The notes beneath the pieces are model-generated. The model did not search any database, was not told the DNA's origin, and saw nothing but the letters and a program-made list of their open reading frames with translations. Below are positions 19,476-27,886 of a stretch of DNA of 59,668 nucleotides, in pieces (within the stretch, counting starts at the first letter, position 1; the number at the start of each line of letters is the position of its first letter). The stretch lies in contig CALXWF010000027.1 of assembly GCA_944392285.1 (NCBI GenBank), forward strand, positions 1 through 59,668. Direction: 5' to 3'. This stretch comes from an uncultured Alphaproteobacteria bacterium. Lineage in GTDB: Bacteria; Pseudomonadota; Alphaproteobacteria; RF32; CAG-239. The position numbers and the translations under genes are program-made.

Positions 19476-21929
19476 ATGAAATTAGTAATCGTAGAATCTC
19501 CGGCAAAAGCCAAAACCATTAACAAATATCTCGGCAAAGATTATAAAGTTTTAGCCAGCTTCGGACACATCCGCGACCTACCGAGCAAAGACGGTTCCGT
19601 CAATCCTGACGAAGATTTTGCCATGTCATGGGAGCTGAGCCCCGGCGGCAAAAAACGCTTAAATGACATTATTACCGCCCTTAAAGATTGTGACACGATT
19701 GTCCTTGCCTCCGACCCTGATAGAGAAGGAGAAGCCATTGCTTGGCACATATTGGAAGAACTGACGGCCCGCAAAAAAATTAAAGACAAAAAAATTGAGC
19801 GTGTTGTCTTTCATGAGATTACCAAATCAGCCGTAACCGAAGCCATTCAAAATCCGCGCCAGATAGATGACAATCTGGTTTCGGCCTACATGGCGCGCCG
19901 CGCACTTGACTATCTGGTAGGTTTTACGCTTTCACCGGTTTTATGGCGCAAACTTCCGGGCTCAAAATCGGCCGGCCGCGTCCAATCAGTAGCACTGCGC
20001 CTGATTTGCGACCGTGAAAATGAGATTGAAAAATTCAAACCTGAAGAATATTGGACGGTTGATGTTGACTTAGTAACCAAGACTCAAGCGCTGATTCGCT
20101 CACACCTGATAACCTTAGACGGCAAAAAACTTGAAAAATTTGACATCAATACCGAGGCCAAAGCCAATGAAGCCAAAGCCAAGATTGAAGCACAAGAATT
20201 TCACATTGCCAATGTAGAGCGCAAAAAAGCCAACCGTTATCCGGCGCCGCCGTTCACCACCTCGACTTTGCAACAAGAGGCGGCCAGAAAGTTAAGGTTT
20301 AGCGCGAAGAAAACCATGCAAGTAGCTCAAAAACTTTATGAAGATGGTTTTATCACTTATATGCGTACCGACGCCGTCAACCTCTCCAAAGAGGCAATTG
20401 CCGCTTGCCGTGACGCCATTTTAAAATATTTCGGCGAGGCCTATCTGCCAAAGGTTGCCAAAGAATATAAGACCAAATCCAAAAACGCGCAAGAAGCTCA
20501 CGAAGCTATCCGTCCTTCAGACGTTATGAACACGCCCAAAAAGATGGAGGCAAAGTTAGATTCCGACGCCCATAAACTTTATGAGCTTATTTGGAAACGT
20601 ACGGTTGCCTGCCAGATGAATCCGGCAATTTTAGACCGTGTGACGATTGACAGTGAATCTGAAGACAAGCAAATTTTGTTGCGTGCCAATGGTCAAGTCA
20701 TTGCCTTTGACGGTTTTCTCAAGCTTTATCAAGAGAGCCGCGATGACAATGATGAAGATGATGAAAACCGCATTTTGCCAAACGTTGAAAACGACGAAAA
20801 AGTCGGCAAAGGCGATATTTATACCGAGCAACACTTCACCACGCCGCCGCCGCGCTTTACCGAGGCCAGCTTGGTTAAAAAACTTGAAGAACTCGGCATT
20901 GGTCGTCCGTCAACCTATGCCTCGATTATTGCCGTTTTGCAAGAACGCAAATATGTTCGGGTAGAGAAATTACGCTTTATCCCGGAAGACCGCGGCCGCA
21001 TTGTAACCGTCTTTCTTGAAAATTATTTCAAAAAATATGTTGAATATGACTTTACGGCACAGTTGGAAGAATTTTTGGATGACGTTTCTGCCGGTGAAAT
21101 GAACTGGAAGAAACTTTTAAGCGGCTTTTGGACCAAGTTTATTAAAAATATTGATGCCGTTAAACCCTTGCAAATCAGCGAGGTCATTGAAAAAATAGAT
21201 GAAGTTTTGGCGCATCATCTGTTTCCCCCGCATGAAGACGGAACGGATCCCCGCCTCTGCCCGGAATGCCACAAAGGACATTTAAGCATAAAACTTGGCA
21301 AGTTTGGCGCATTTTTAGGCTGCTCCAACTATCCGGAATGCAAATACACCAAACCTTTGACCGATGTCAAAGATGAGATTGCCGCTGACAGCCAAAAAGC
21401 CCCAAATCCTGAAGATAAAGAATTAGGCGAAATGAACGGTCTGAAAATTTATCTCAAAAAAGGACCTTACGGCTACTATGTTCAGCTTGGCGAAGATGCC
21501 ACCGCCACCACCGAAAAACCCAAGCGCACATCTTTGCCGAAGTTTTTAAAACCTGAAGATATTACTTTAGAACAAGCCTCTACCTTATTGAGTTTACCTA
21601 AAAATATCGGTAACAATATTGAGGTAAATATCGGCAAATTCGGCCAATATATCAAACAAGGCAACAAGTCTCGCTCCCTAACCGGTGAAGACAACATCTT
21701 CAACATTACCCAAGAGCGCGCTGAAGAATTGCTTAAAAATGTTGCCGAACGCCCGCAAGGAAAAGTTTTAGGCCAGCACCCCAAAGACAAAGGCGACATT
21801 ACTTTAAATTCAGGACGTTACGGTCCCTACCTCAAGTGGGGAAAGAACAATTATGCCATTCCCAAAGCCTTAAAAGATAAAAACCTGACTTTGGAAGATG
21901 CCTTAAAAATCATCGCCAACGGCAAATAG
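19476..21929 (+). CDS. topA: DNA topoisomerase I
   Basis: TOPRIM start MKLVIVESPAKAKTI, catalytic Tyr region GFITYMRTD, and a Cys4 zinc ribbon (CPEC…C..C) in the C-terminal part. Confidence 0.93.
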   Translation: MKLVIVESPAKAKTINKYLGKDYKVLASFGHIRDLPSKDGSVNPDEDFAMSWELSPGGKKRLNDIITALKDCDTIVLASDPDREGEAIAWHILEELTARKKIKDKKIERVVFHEITKSAVTEAIQNPRQIDDNLVSAYMARRALDYLVGFTLSPVLWRKLPGSKSAGRVQSVALRLICDRENEIEKFKPEEYWTVDVDLVTKTQALIRSHLITLDGKKLEKFDINTEAKANEAKAKIEAQEFHIANVERKKANRYPAPPFTTSTLQQEAARKLRFSAKKTMQVAQKLYEDGFITYMRTDAVNLSKEAIAACRDAILKYFGEAYLPKVAKEYKTKSKNAQEAHEAIRPSDVMNTPKKMEAKLDSDAHKLYELIWKRTVACQMNPAILDRVTIDSESEDKQILLRANGQVIAFDGFLKLYQESRDDNDEDDENRILPNVENDEKVGKGDIYTEQHFTTPPPRFTEASLVKKLEELGIGRPSTYASIIAVLQERKYVRVEKLRFIPEDRGRIVTVFLENYFKKYVEYDFTAQLEEFLDDVSAGEMNWKKLLSGFWTKFIKNIDAVKPLQISEVIEKIDEVLAHHLFPPHEDGTDPRLCPECHKGHLSIKLGKFGAFLGCSNYPECKYTKPLTDVKDEIAADSQKAPNPEDKELGEMNGLKIYLKKGPYGYYVQLGEDATATTEKPKRTSLPKFLKPEDITLEQASTLLSLPKNIGNNIEVNIGKFGQYIKQGNKSRSLTGEDNIFNITQERAEELLKNVAERPQGKVLGQHPKDKGDITLNSGRYGPYLKWGKNNYAIPKALKDKNLTLEDALKIIANGK

Positions 21930-21984
21930 CTTGACTCCTTAACGATTAAATGTTACACAGCATGGTATTTAAAATTATTATATC

Positions 21985-22428
21985 ATGGAAACAACTATTG
22001 TAGTTCTAGCTATCATCGTAATGATGTTTTTTGGCCTCTTGCGCCTTATTTTTGAAGGTAATAGCAGATATAAAGCCGTTACCAAAAATTATCCGCAGTT
22101 AATTAAAAGTTATCAGGAATATCTAAAAGATTCCGAAGCTTTTTCTAATGAGCGCGTGGTTGCTTTATATAACTGCTTCAGAGATACCTGTGAAGTCTAT
22201 GAAACAATTGAAAAAGTAAGCAAAAGCCACCGCGATGCCGATAAAGCACTGCAAGCCGGAACCATTGTTGCCTTTTGCCGCAATGCCGGAAGTGAGATTT
22301 ACAAAGACATAAGGCATCGAGGCCTAGATTTACCAAAAAAACCTCTGATTATAAATCAGAGGTTTTTTTATCATAAACCGTCACGGTCACAACCGGACGC
22401 ACTAAGCATTTTTCGGATTTTGGCTTAG
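21985..22428 (+). CDS. hypothetical membrane-anchored protein (147 aa)
   Basis: N-terminal TM helix (METTIVVLAIIVMMFFGLLRLIF) followed by a helical soluble part. No SD. The last ~30 codons run through a terminator hairpin and overlap the convergent gene, so the 3' end is doubtful. Confidence 0.4.
   Translation: METTIVVLAIIVMMFFGLLRLIFEGNSRYKAVTKNYPQLIKSYQEYLKDSEAFSNERVVALYNCFRDTCEVYETIEKVSKSHRDADKALQAGTIVAFCRNAGSEIYKDIRHRGLDLPKKPLIINQRFFYHKPSRSQPDALSIFRILA
22335..22369. terminator. bidirectional terminator-type hairpin
   Basis: A7-CCTCTGAT-tataa-ATCAGAGG-T7. The stop codon of the minus-strand DUF1566-like gene lies at the loop. Confidence 0.65.
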
Positions 22429-22969
22429 CCTCAGCTTGTCCTGAAGCAAAATTAAAAGCCCAAAACAAATCCTTACTTTTTTCCGAAGAAGAAGCATATA
22501 ATCTGACAACAGAAAGCTCTCTTCTCCGAATTTTTCGTAAACTTCGATTAATAATTCTAAAATTTTGACTTATTTTTCGCAACTCTCCGACAGCCGGAAG
22601 ATATTGCACACCGTAAGCTCGGCATGTATAAGCAGAGGTAACTGCCGGAACCTTATAGTCCTCTTCAATGGCACTGGCCATAATCAAGTGAGAATTAAGT
22701 TTTCCGGACAATAAACTGGTCGTCTCATCAAGCAACCCTCGACTGGCCAACACATTTTTACTTGCCCACTGTTGCAAATTTTGAGGTTCAAACGGCACCA
22801 CCAAAAGCAACTCATATTCCCCATGTTTGTTATATTTGACATCAGCAACAATCCCTATAACTTTAGGCATAAACCACCAATGCTTTCGACAAACACCTTT
22901 TAAGGTATAAAAATCTCCTACCTTCACCTCGGAAAGAGGTAAAAAATGCGAAATATTAAAAACGTTCAT
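22349..22969 (-). CDS. DUF1566 (Lcl C-terminal domain)-like protein
   Basis: The C-terminal half fits the DUF1566 pattern: YLPAVGELRKI…, YASSSEKSKDLFWAFNFASGQAEAKPKSEKCLVRPV. No SD and no signal peptide. Confidence 0.5.
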   Translation of the reverse strand: MNVFNISHFLPLSEVKVGDFYTLKGVCRKHWWFMPKVIGIVADVKYNKHGEYELLLVVPFEPQNLQQWASKNVLASRGLLDETTSLLSGKLNSHLIMASAIEEDYKVPAVTSAYTCRAYGVQYLPAVGELRKISQNFRIINRSLRKIRRRELSVVRLYASSSEKSKDLFWAFNFASGQAEAKPKSEKCLVRPVVTVTVYDKKTSDL

Positions 22970-23127
22970 AATTATATATATTTTTAATTAATAATTTTAT
23001 TCACCGTTTCAGCATAACGCATATTTTCGACTTGTAAACAAAAAAACACATCTGAGGCATCTTCTTGTTTTTTGCGATTGCAAGATAATATTTATTCGTC
23101 TATACCAAGCAAGAAAGGATGTTTTTT

Positions 23128-24492
23128 ATGTTTAAGTTTTTACAATTTCGTCAGCGTTTTAAAGAGATTATCCGTCTGGCTTTTCCGATTACCACATCTT
23201 TCTTAGCCATTGGCATTATGGGGGTTATAGATACGATAATTGTCGGCAATTACAACACCGAACAATTGGCCTATATCGGCATAGCCAACTCCATCTTTGT
23301 ATTATTATTCACTTTTCCGATTGGGCTTTTGCAAGGGGTTTTAATAAAATCATCACAAAAATTCGGCGCACGTAAATTTGCCTCTACCGGCAAAATCTAT
23401 AACGAAGGACGCAAATATGCCCTCCTCCTTTCAATTATTTTTACCCTTATCGGCATCAACGGCCGCGGCATTTTAACGCTTCTTGGTCAAAACCCCGACA
23501 TGGTAGAACACGGCGGCAAAGTCTTAAACATTTTTTCTTTCTCCATTCCTTTTATTTTAATTTACGCCAATGCCAATTTCTTTTTGCAATCAATCAAGCG
23601 TCCGCAAATTGCCATGTATGCGGCATTGGTAGCCAATTTATTAAATCTGGCCGTTAATCCGGTGCTGGTATACGGCAAATTCGGCTTCCCCGAACTCGGA
23701 GCGGTTGGCTCAGCCACTTCCACATTGATTGTGCGCATCTTTTTGGCTTTATTTATGTTATATTACATCCACCGCATGAAAGCTCTGCCAAAAGTCAACA
23801 AACATTTTGGATTGGACCGCAGTTATCCGACCTGGTGGAGCGACAGCCGCAACACCCGACGCTTAGGTTATGGGGTTGCCATTATGAGTATCTCTGCCAA
23901 CGGCTCTTATGCGGCTGTCAGCAATTTTGCAGGTTGGCTCGGACAACAATCCATGGCGGTTTTTGTAATTTTAATCAACATGAGCTCAATCATTTTTATG
24001 ATTTGCTTTTCAATTTCGCAAGCCACGTCTATTGTTGTTGCCAATGCTTATGGGAGACGAGATAAAAACGGTATAATCTGCGCAGCCTCTGCCGGATTTC
24101 TGGTAATGTTAACGGCCTTAATCATTTTAGAAACCTGTCTGTACAATTTTCCCGACGCCATTATGGGAATTTTTACGGAAGATACTCGGGTTTTAACCAT
24201 CGTACAAGGTTTAATTTGGTTTTTAATGATTGAGATTATTGTAGATTCCATGCCTTTGGTAATAGTCGGCTCACTCAACGGCCGCAGCGACGTTTTATAT
24301 CCGACATCTTTTCAAGCCTTTGCCTTTTTGGTCGTCCGCATTTGTACCTGCTATGTTCTGACCTTTACGTTAGGACTAGGCCTAAAAGGCATTATTTTAG
24401 GCTTAATGTCCGGTGGAGCGACATCTTTCTTATTAAACATGTCGCGGTTTGTTTATTTAACTAAACGAGACCGAAAAGAAGGTTTACGTTAA
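23128..24492 (+). CDS. MATE family efflux transporter
   Basis: About 12 TM segments with MATE-type internal duplication. The second ATG (23128) has an AAAGGA SD at 8 nt; the ATG at 23119 abuts the SD. Confidence 0.8.
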   Translation: MFKFLQFRQRFKEIIRLAFPITTSFLAIGIMGVIDTIIVGNYNTEQLAYIGIANSIFVLLFTFPIGLLQGVLIKSSQKFGARKFASTGKIYNEGRKYALLLSIIFTLIGINGRGILTLLGQNPDMVEHGGKVLNIFSFSIPFILIYANANFFLQSIKRPQIAMYAALVANLLNLAVNPVLVYGKFGFPELGAVGSATSTLIVRIFLALFMLYYIHRMKALPKVNKHFGLDRSYPTWWSDSRNTRRLGYGVAIMSISANGSYAAVSNFAGWLGQQSMAVFVILINMSSIIFMICFSISQATSIVVANAYGRRDKNGIICAASAGFLVMLTALIILETCLYNFPDAIMGIFTEDTRVLTIVQGLIWFLMIEIIVDSMPLVIVGSLNGRSDVLYPTSFQAFAFLVVRICTCYVLTFTLGLGLKGIILGLMSGGATSFLLNMSRFVYLTKRDRKEGLR

Positions 24493-24524
24493 AAAAAATC
24501 CTCCGCAAAACGGAGGATTTTTTA
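24491..24524. terminator. bidirectional rho-independent terminator
   Basis: A8-TCCTCCG-caaaa-CGGAGGA-T6 between the convergent MATE and flavodiiron genes. Confidence 0.75.
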
Positions 24525-24535
24525 TTCTTCAACGC

Positions 24536-25720
24536 CTATTTCTCAAGCATTTGTTTGGTATGTTCAATAATTTTTTCAATTACGTCAGACTTTGGCGTAT
24601 ATTTAGCTTCAAAGGGCGGAATGGTCTCCCAACCGAGCTCTTCAAAGACATTATAGATATTATCTTTAACCACACCCGGCTTCCAACCATAAGAGCCAAA
24701 ACCAAAACCGACTTTATTTTTGGGTTTAAGCCCGCGCATATAAGTAACAAAACCGGCCACCCGCGGAAACAGTTGATTATTAAGCGTCGGGTTACCGATA
24801 CAAACATATTTTGCATCAACAAAATCTACCATAACTTCAGACACGTTTTTGGTAGCCAAACAATGTTTAACCACGGGGATTCCGGCATCTTGGAAAACCG
24901 ACATAACAGCTTCGGCCAAAGTGGCGGTTGCCCCCCACATTGTGTCATAAACAATAACGGCCTTACCGTCATTTTGTCCGCTTGCCCATTTGGCATAGGC
25001 CCCAAGAATGGTATTAACCTCCTCTTTTCCGGACCAAATACAACCGTGTGAGGGGGCAATCATCTCAATATCCAACCCCAAACTTCCGGCTGTATCCAAG
25101 GCTTTTTCGGCCTGAGCCCCGTAAGGAAACAAGATATTGGCATAATAACTTTTAGCCTCACGCATAATAATGCCCGGCATCACATCTTTTACCCAAATTG
25201 TATCAGAAGCATAATGCTGACCGAACCCATCATTAGAGAGCAACAATTTGTCTTCTTTAACATAAGTCATCATGGAATCCGGCCAATGCAACATGGGGGT
25301 GGTCATAAAAGCAAGCGTTCTTTTGCCGATGCAAAGCGTATCTCCGGTTTTAACAATTTCATATTGCCAACCGGTTGTATCAAAATGAGCTTCCAATGCA
25401 GCCTTACCGGCAACATTGGTAACAATTTTGGCTTGCGGTGCCAATTTCATTAAATCCGGAATATTCCCCGAGTGGTCCATTTCCACATGGTTAACCACGA
25501 TATAAGCAATTTTTGCAAAATCTACTTTGCTTTTGATACGGGCAATATTTTCATGAGAGAGATAATGTTTCACCCCATCAACCAAAGTAATTTTATCATC
25601 CATAATCAAATAAGCATTATAAGTAGAGCCGTAAGGGGTGCTGTATCCGTGAAACTCCTTAAGATTCCAGTCCTTAACGCCGACCCAATAAATATCTTTT
25701 TTAACTTCGACAGCTTGCAT
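24536..25720 (-). CDS. flavodiiron protein (FprA / rubredoxin-oxygen oxidoreductase class, O2/NO reductase)
   Basis: Metallo-beta-lactamase-like domain with the diiron ligand motif HVEMDHSG, plus a C-terminal flavodoxin-like domain (…KAVIVYDTMWGATA…). Confidence 0.85.
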   Translation of the reverse strand: MQAVEVKKDIYWVGVKDWNLKEFHGYSTPYGSTYNAYLIMDDKITLVDGVKHYLSHENIARIKSKVDFAKIAYIVVNHVEMDHSGNIPDLMKLAPQAKIVTNVAGKAALEAHFDTTGWQYEIVKTGDTLCIGKRTLAFMTTPMLHWPDSMMTYVKEDKLLLSNDGFGQHYASDTIWVKDVMPGIIMREAKSYYANILFPYGAQAEKALDTAGSLGLDIEMIAPSHGCIWSGKEEVNTILGAYAKWASGQNDGKAVIVYDTMWGATATLAEAVMSVFQDAGIPVVKHCLATKNVSEVMVDFVDAKYVCIGNPTLNNQLFPRVAGFVTYMRGLKPKNKVGFGFGSYGWKPGVVKDNIYNVFEELGWETIPPFEAKYTPKSDVIEKIIEHTKQMLEK

Positions 25721-25805
25721 ATTTATCTCTCCTTTAACAAAATATAAGCTACCTATTAAATAACATTATTTTTATAATTGACAAGAAGAGAATTTGTTTA
25801 TAAAC

Positions 25806-25824
25806 AATAATAACAATCATTATC
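25806..25824. promoter_or_regulatory. Fur/PerR-type operator candidate upstream of perR (shared divergent region with the flavodiiron gene)
   Basis: AATAATAACAATCATTATC matches 16 of 19 positions of the classical Fur box GATAATGATAATCATTATC. It lies 19-37 nt upstream of the perR ATG, just downstream of TTGACA (25778-25783)-N17-TAAACA. Confidence 0.45.
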
Positions 25825-25842
25825 ATTTTTTGCAGAAATACT

Positions 25843-26232
25843 ATGAATTACTCAAGACAAAGGGAATTGATTTTAAAAGTATTAAAGGAAACACCTATTC
25901 ATCCGACAGCTGATGAAATCTATTCTGCTTTGAAAAAATATCTCCCAAACATCAGTCTGGCCACGGTTTACCGTAACCTAAACCAGCTGGCTCTTAACGG
26001 AGAAATTAAAAAAATTGAGAATTTGGAAACTTGTGCACATTTTGACCACAACATTCACAAGCACCATCATTTCATTTGCATTAAATGTAATAAGATTTAT
26101 GATATTCCGCAAGAAGTCAGCAAAGATATTGAAAAAAAGGTATCTTCTCTGACCGGACTGCAAGTAACCGGGCATAATATCTCTTTTCAGGGGATATGCA
26201 ACGCCTGCCAACATAAAAAAACAACACTTTAA
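25843..26232 (+). CDS. perR: Fur family transcriptional regulator, PerR-like
   Basis: 129 aa with an N-terminal winged helix, an [17 protein letters not shown] metal-site region and a CNAC motif. It lies 14 nt upstream of rubrerythrin and divergent from a flavodiiron gene. The PerR versus Fur/Zur assignment is by context only. Confidence 0.7.
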   Translation: MNYSRQRELILKVLKETPIHPTADEIYSALKKYLPNISLATVYRNLNQLALNGEIKKIENLETCAHFDHNIHKHHHFICIKCNKIYDIPQEVSKDIEKKVSSLTGLQVTGHNISFQGICNACQHKKTTL

Positions 26233-26246
26233 CGGAGAATATAACA

Positions 26247-26786
26247 ATGGAACTCAAAGGTAGCAAAACAGAAAAAAACTTAATGGAAGCATTTGCCGGC
26301 GAATCAATGGCGCGCAACAAATATACTTACTATGCTTCAAAAGCCAAAAAAGAAGGCTACAACATCATTGCCGACAAATTTGAGCAAACAGCCAATAACG
26401 AAAAAGAACACGCCAAAATCTGGTTCAAACTTCTGCACGGCGGTGAAGTAGCCGACACCATGACCAACTTAAAAGATGCCGCTGCCGGTGAGAATTATGA
26501 ATGGACGGATATGTATGCCCGTATGGCGCGTGAAGCTCAAGAAGAAGGCTTTACCAAGATTGCCTTTTTATTTGAATCCGTTGCCAAAATTGAAAAAGGC
26601 CATGAAGAAAGATATCAGGCTCTGCTTGATTCTTTGTGCGAAGGCAAAATTTTTGAACGTCCGACCAAAGTTATTTGGGAATGCGCCAACTGCGGTCACC
26701 GCGTAGAGAGCCCCAAAGCTCCGGAAAAATGCCCGGTTTGCGATCACCCGCAAGCTTATTTCTTTGAACTGCAAGAACAATTTTAG
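26247..26786 (+). CDS. rbr: rubrerythrin
   Basis: N-terminal ferritin-like diiron four-helix domain (…NEKEHAKIW…, …IEKGHEERY…) and a C-terminal rubredoxin-like CANC-x12-CPVC. Confidence 0.9.
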   Translation: MELKGSKTEKNLMEAFAGESMARNKYTYYASKAKKEGYNIIADKFEQTANNEKEHAKIWFKLLHGGEVADTMTNLKDAAAGENYEWTDMYARMAREAQEEGFTKIAFLFESVAKIEKGHEERYQALLDSLCEGKIFERPTKVIWECANCGHRVESPKAPEKCPVCDHPQAYFFELQEQF

Positions 26787-26806
26787 TTAGCAGAAAAGAT
26801 AAAACC

Positions 26807-26839
26807 AAAAAACACCGCCCTAACTTGGGCGGTGTTTTT
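26807..26839. terminator. bidirectional rho-independent terminator
   Basis: A-rich run, then CACCGCCC-taactt-GGGCGGTG-T5, between convergent stops. Confidence 0.75.
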
Positions 26840-26853
26840 GAATCAGCTCAGCC

Positions 26854-27108
26854 TTATTTTTCAGTTTCAGAATTTTCTTTTTCTCCAAGTTCAATATCTT
26901 TTTTCGGAGCTCTGACATAATTTCCGACGGCATTTTCAGCTGCATTAACCCCATCATTCACAAGTTTCCCGGCTCCTTCTTCCACATTACTGGCTACCTG
27001 CCCGACTGTTGACTTTGTCGTAATTTGTCCGTCAAAAATACCTTTACCGAGCAAATATACCGCAATTAAAACAATCAAATAAAGCAAATATTTCAAAAAG
27101 CTTCCCAT
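26854..27108 (-). CDS. small membrane-anchored protein (84 aa, hypothetical)
   Basis: AGAGGGG SD 5 nt upstream. One N-terminal TM helix followed by a low-complexity acidic tail. Confidence 0.55.
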   Translation of the reverse strand: MGSFLKYLLYLIVLIAVYLLGKGIFDGQITTKSTVGQVASNVEEGAGKLVNDGVNAAENAVGNYVRAPKKDIELGEKENSETEK

Positions 27109-27277
27109 ATTTACCCCTCTTCTGTCTTAGATTAAACTATTTTCCTAAAATACATAATCATCAAAAAAAACAAATTCAATAAGCCCTCTCTGTCGTTTTT
27201 AATTTACATTAGACAAAATTTATGACAATATAACACCTGTCGAATAATTATTGTTAAATCATTAAAAACCAAAAAAT

Positions 27278-27847
27278 ATGAAAACAAAAAAATTTTTTTC
27301 CCTCATGATTTTGGGAATTGGGTTATTTTTAAGCTCCTGTTGCCACGACCACTATTGTGAAAACCCTTGGCGTTATGAAGATGAATATATTGATATCATC
27401 ACGCGTTACACGCTCAACGGTGAAGTTTCAACTTTTGCCGAATATCAATATGATTACCTCATTTTAGGAACCAGCCAAGAAAACACCTTTATTGTCATTG
27501 GTTTGGCAAACGAGGGACGTAACAACAATACCCCAAACGTACAAGAACGCGTTCTGCTGCCGCTTGACAAATTAGCTGATGAGATTGACTTTTTGAACCA
27601 AACATCTCCCTATCATTTTGACAATACGGTTGAACCTTGCATTTATGAAGGCGAGATTTATTGGCGAGTAAGTTGCAATGTCAGAGGCATTTATGCCCTT
27701 GTCAATCATTTTGGAAAATCTTTTATAGTAGAAACAGACTTCTACTATAATGAAAACATCCATTATGAATTTTTAAGCGAAATCGGTTTCCATTTTTGGA
27801 CACCGTTTAGCAAAAATTATTATCTGCGCTTAAGAAGCCAAAAATAA
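27278..27847 (+). CDS. hypothetical lipoprotein (189 aa)
   Basis: Signal peptide with lipobox (…GLFLSSC). A terminator follows. No SD and no family recognised. Confidence 0.55.
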   Translation: MKTKKFFSLMILGIGLFLSSCCHDHYCENPWRYEDEYIDIITRYTLNGEVSTFAEYQYDYLILGTSQENTFIVIGLANEGRNNNTPNVQERVLLPLDKLADEIDFLNQTSPYHFDNTVEPCIYEGEIYWRVSCNVRGIYALVNHFGKSFIVETDFYYNENIHYEFLSEIGFHFWTPFSKNYYLRLRSQK

Positions 27848-27848
27848 T

Positions 27849-27879
27849 AAAAAATCCCTCTCAAACGGAGGGATTTTTT
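27849..27879. terminator. bidirectional rho-independent terminator
   Basis: A-run, then ATCCCTCT-caaac-GGAGGGAT-T6, between convergent genes. Confidence 0.75.
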
Positions 27880-27886
27880 ATTAAAG

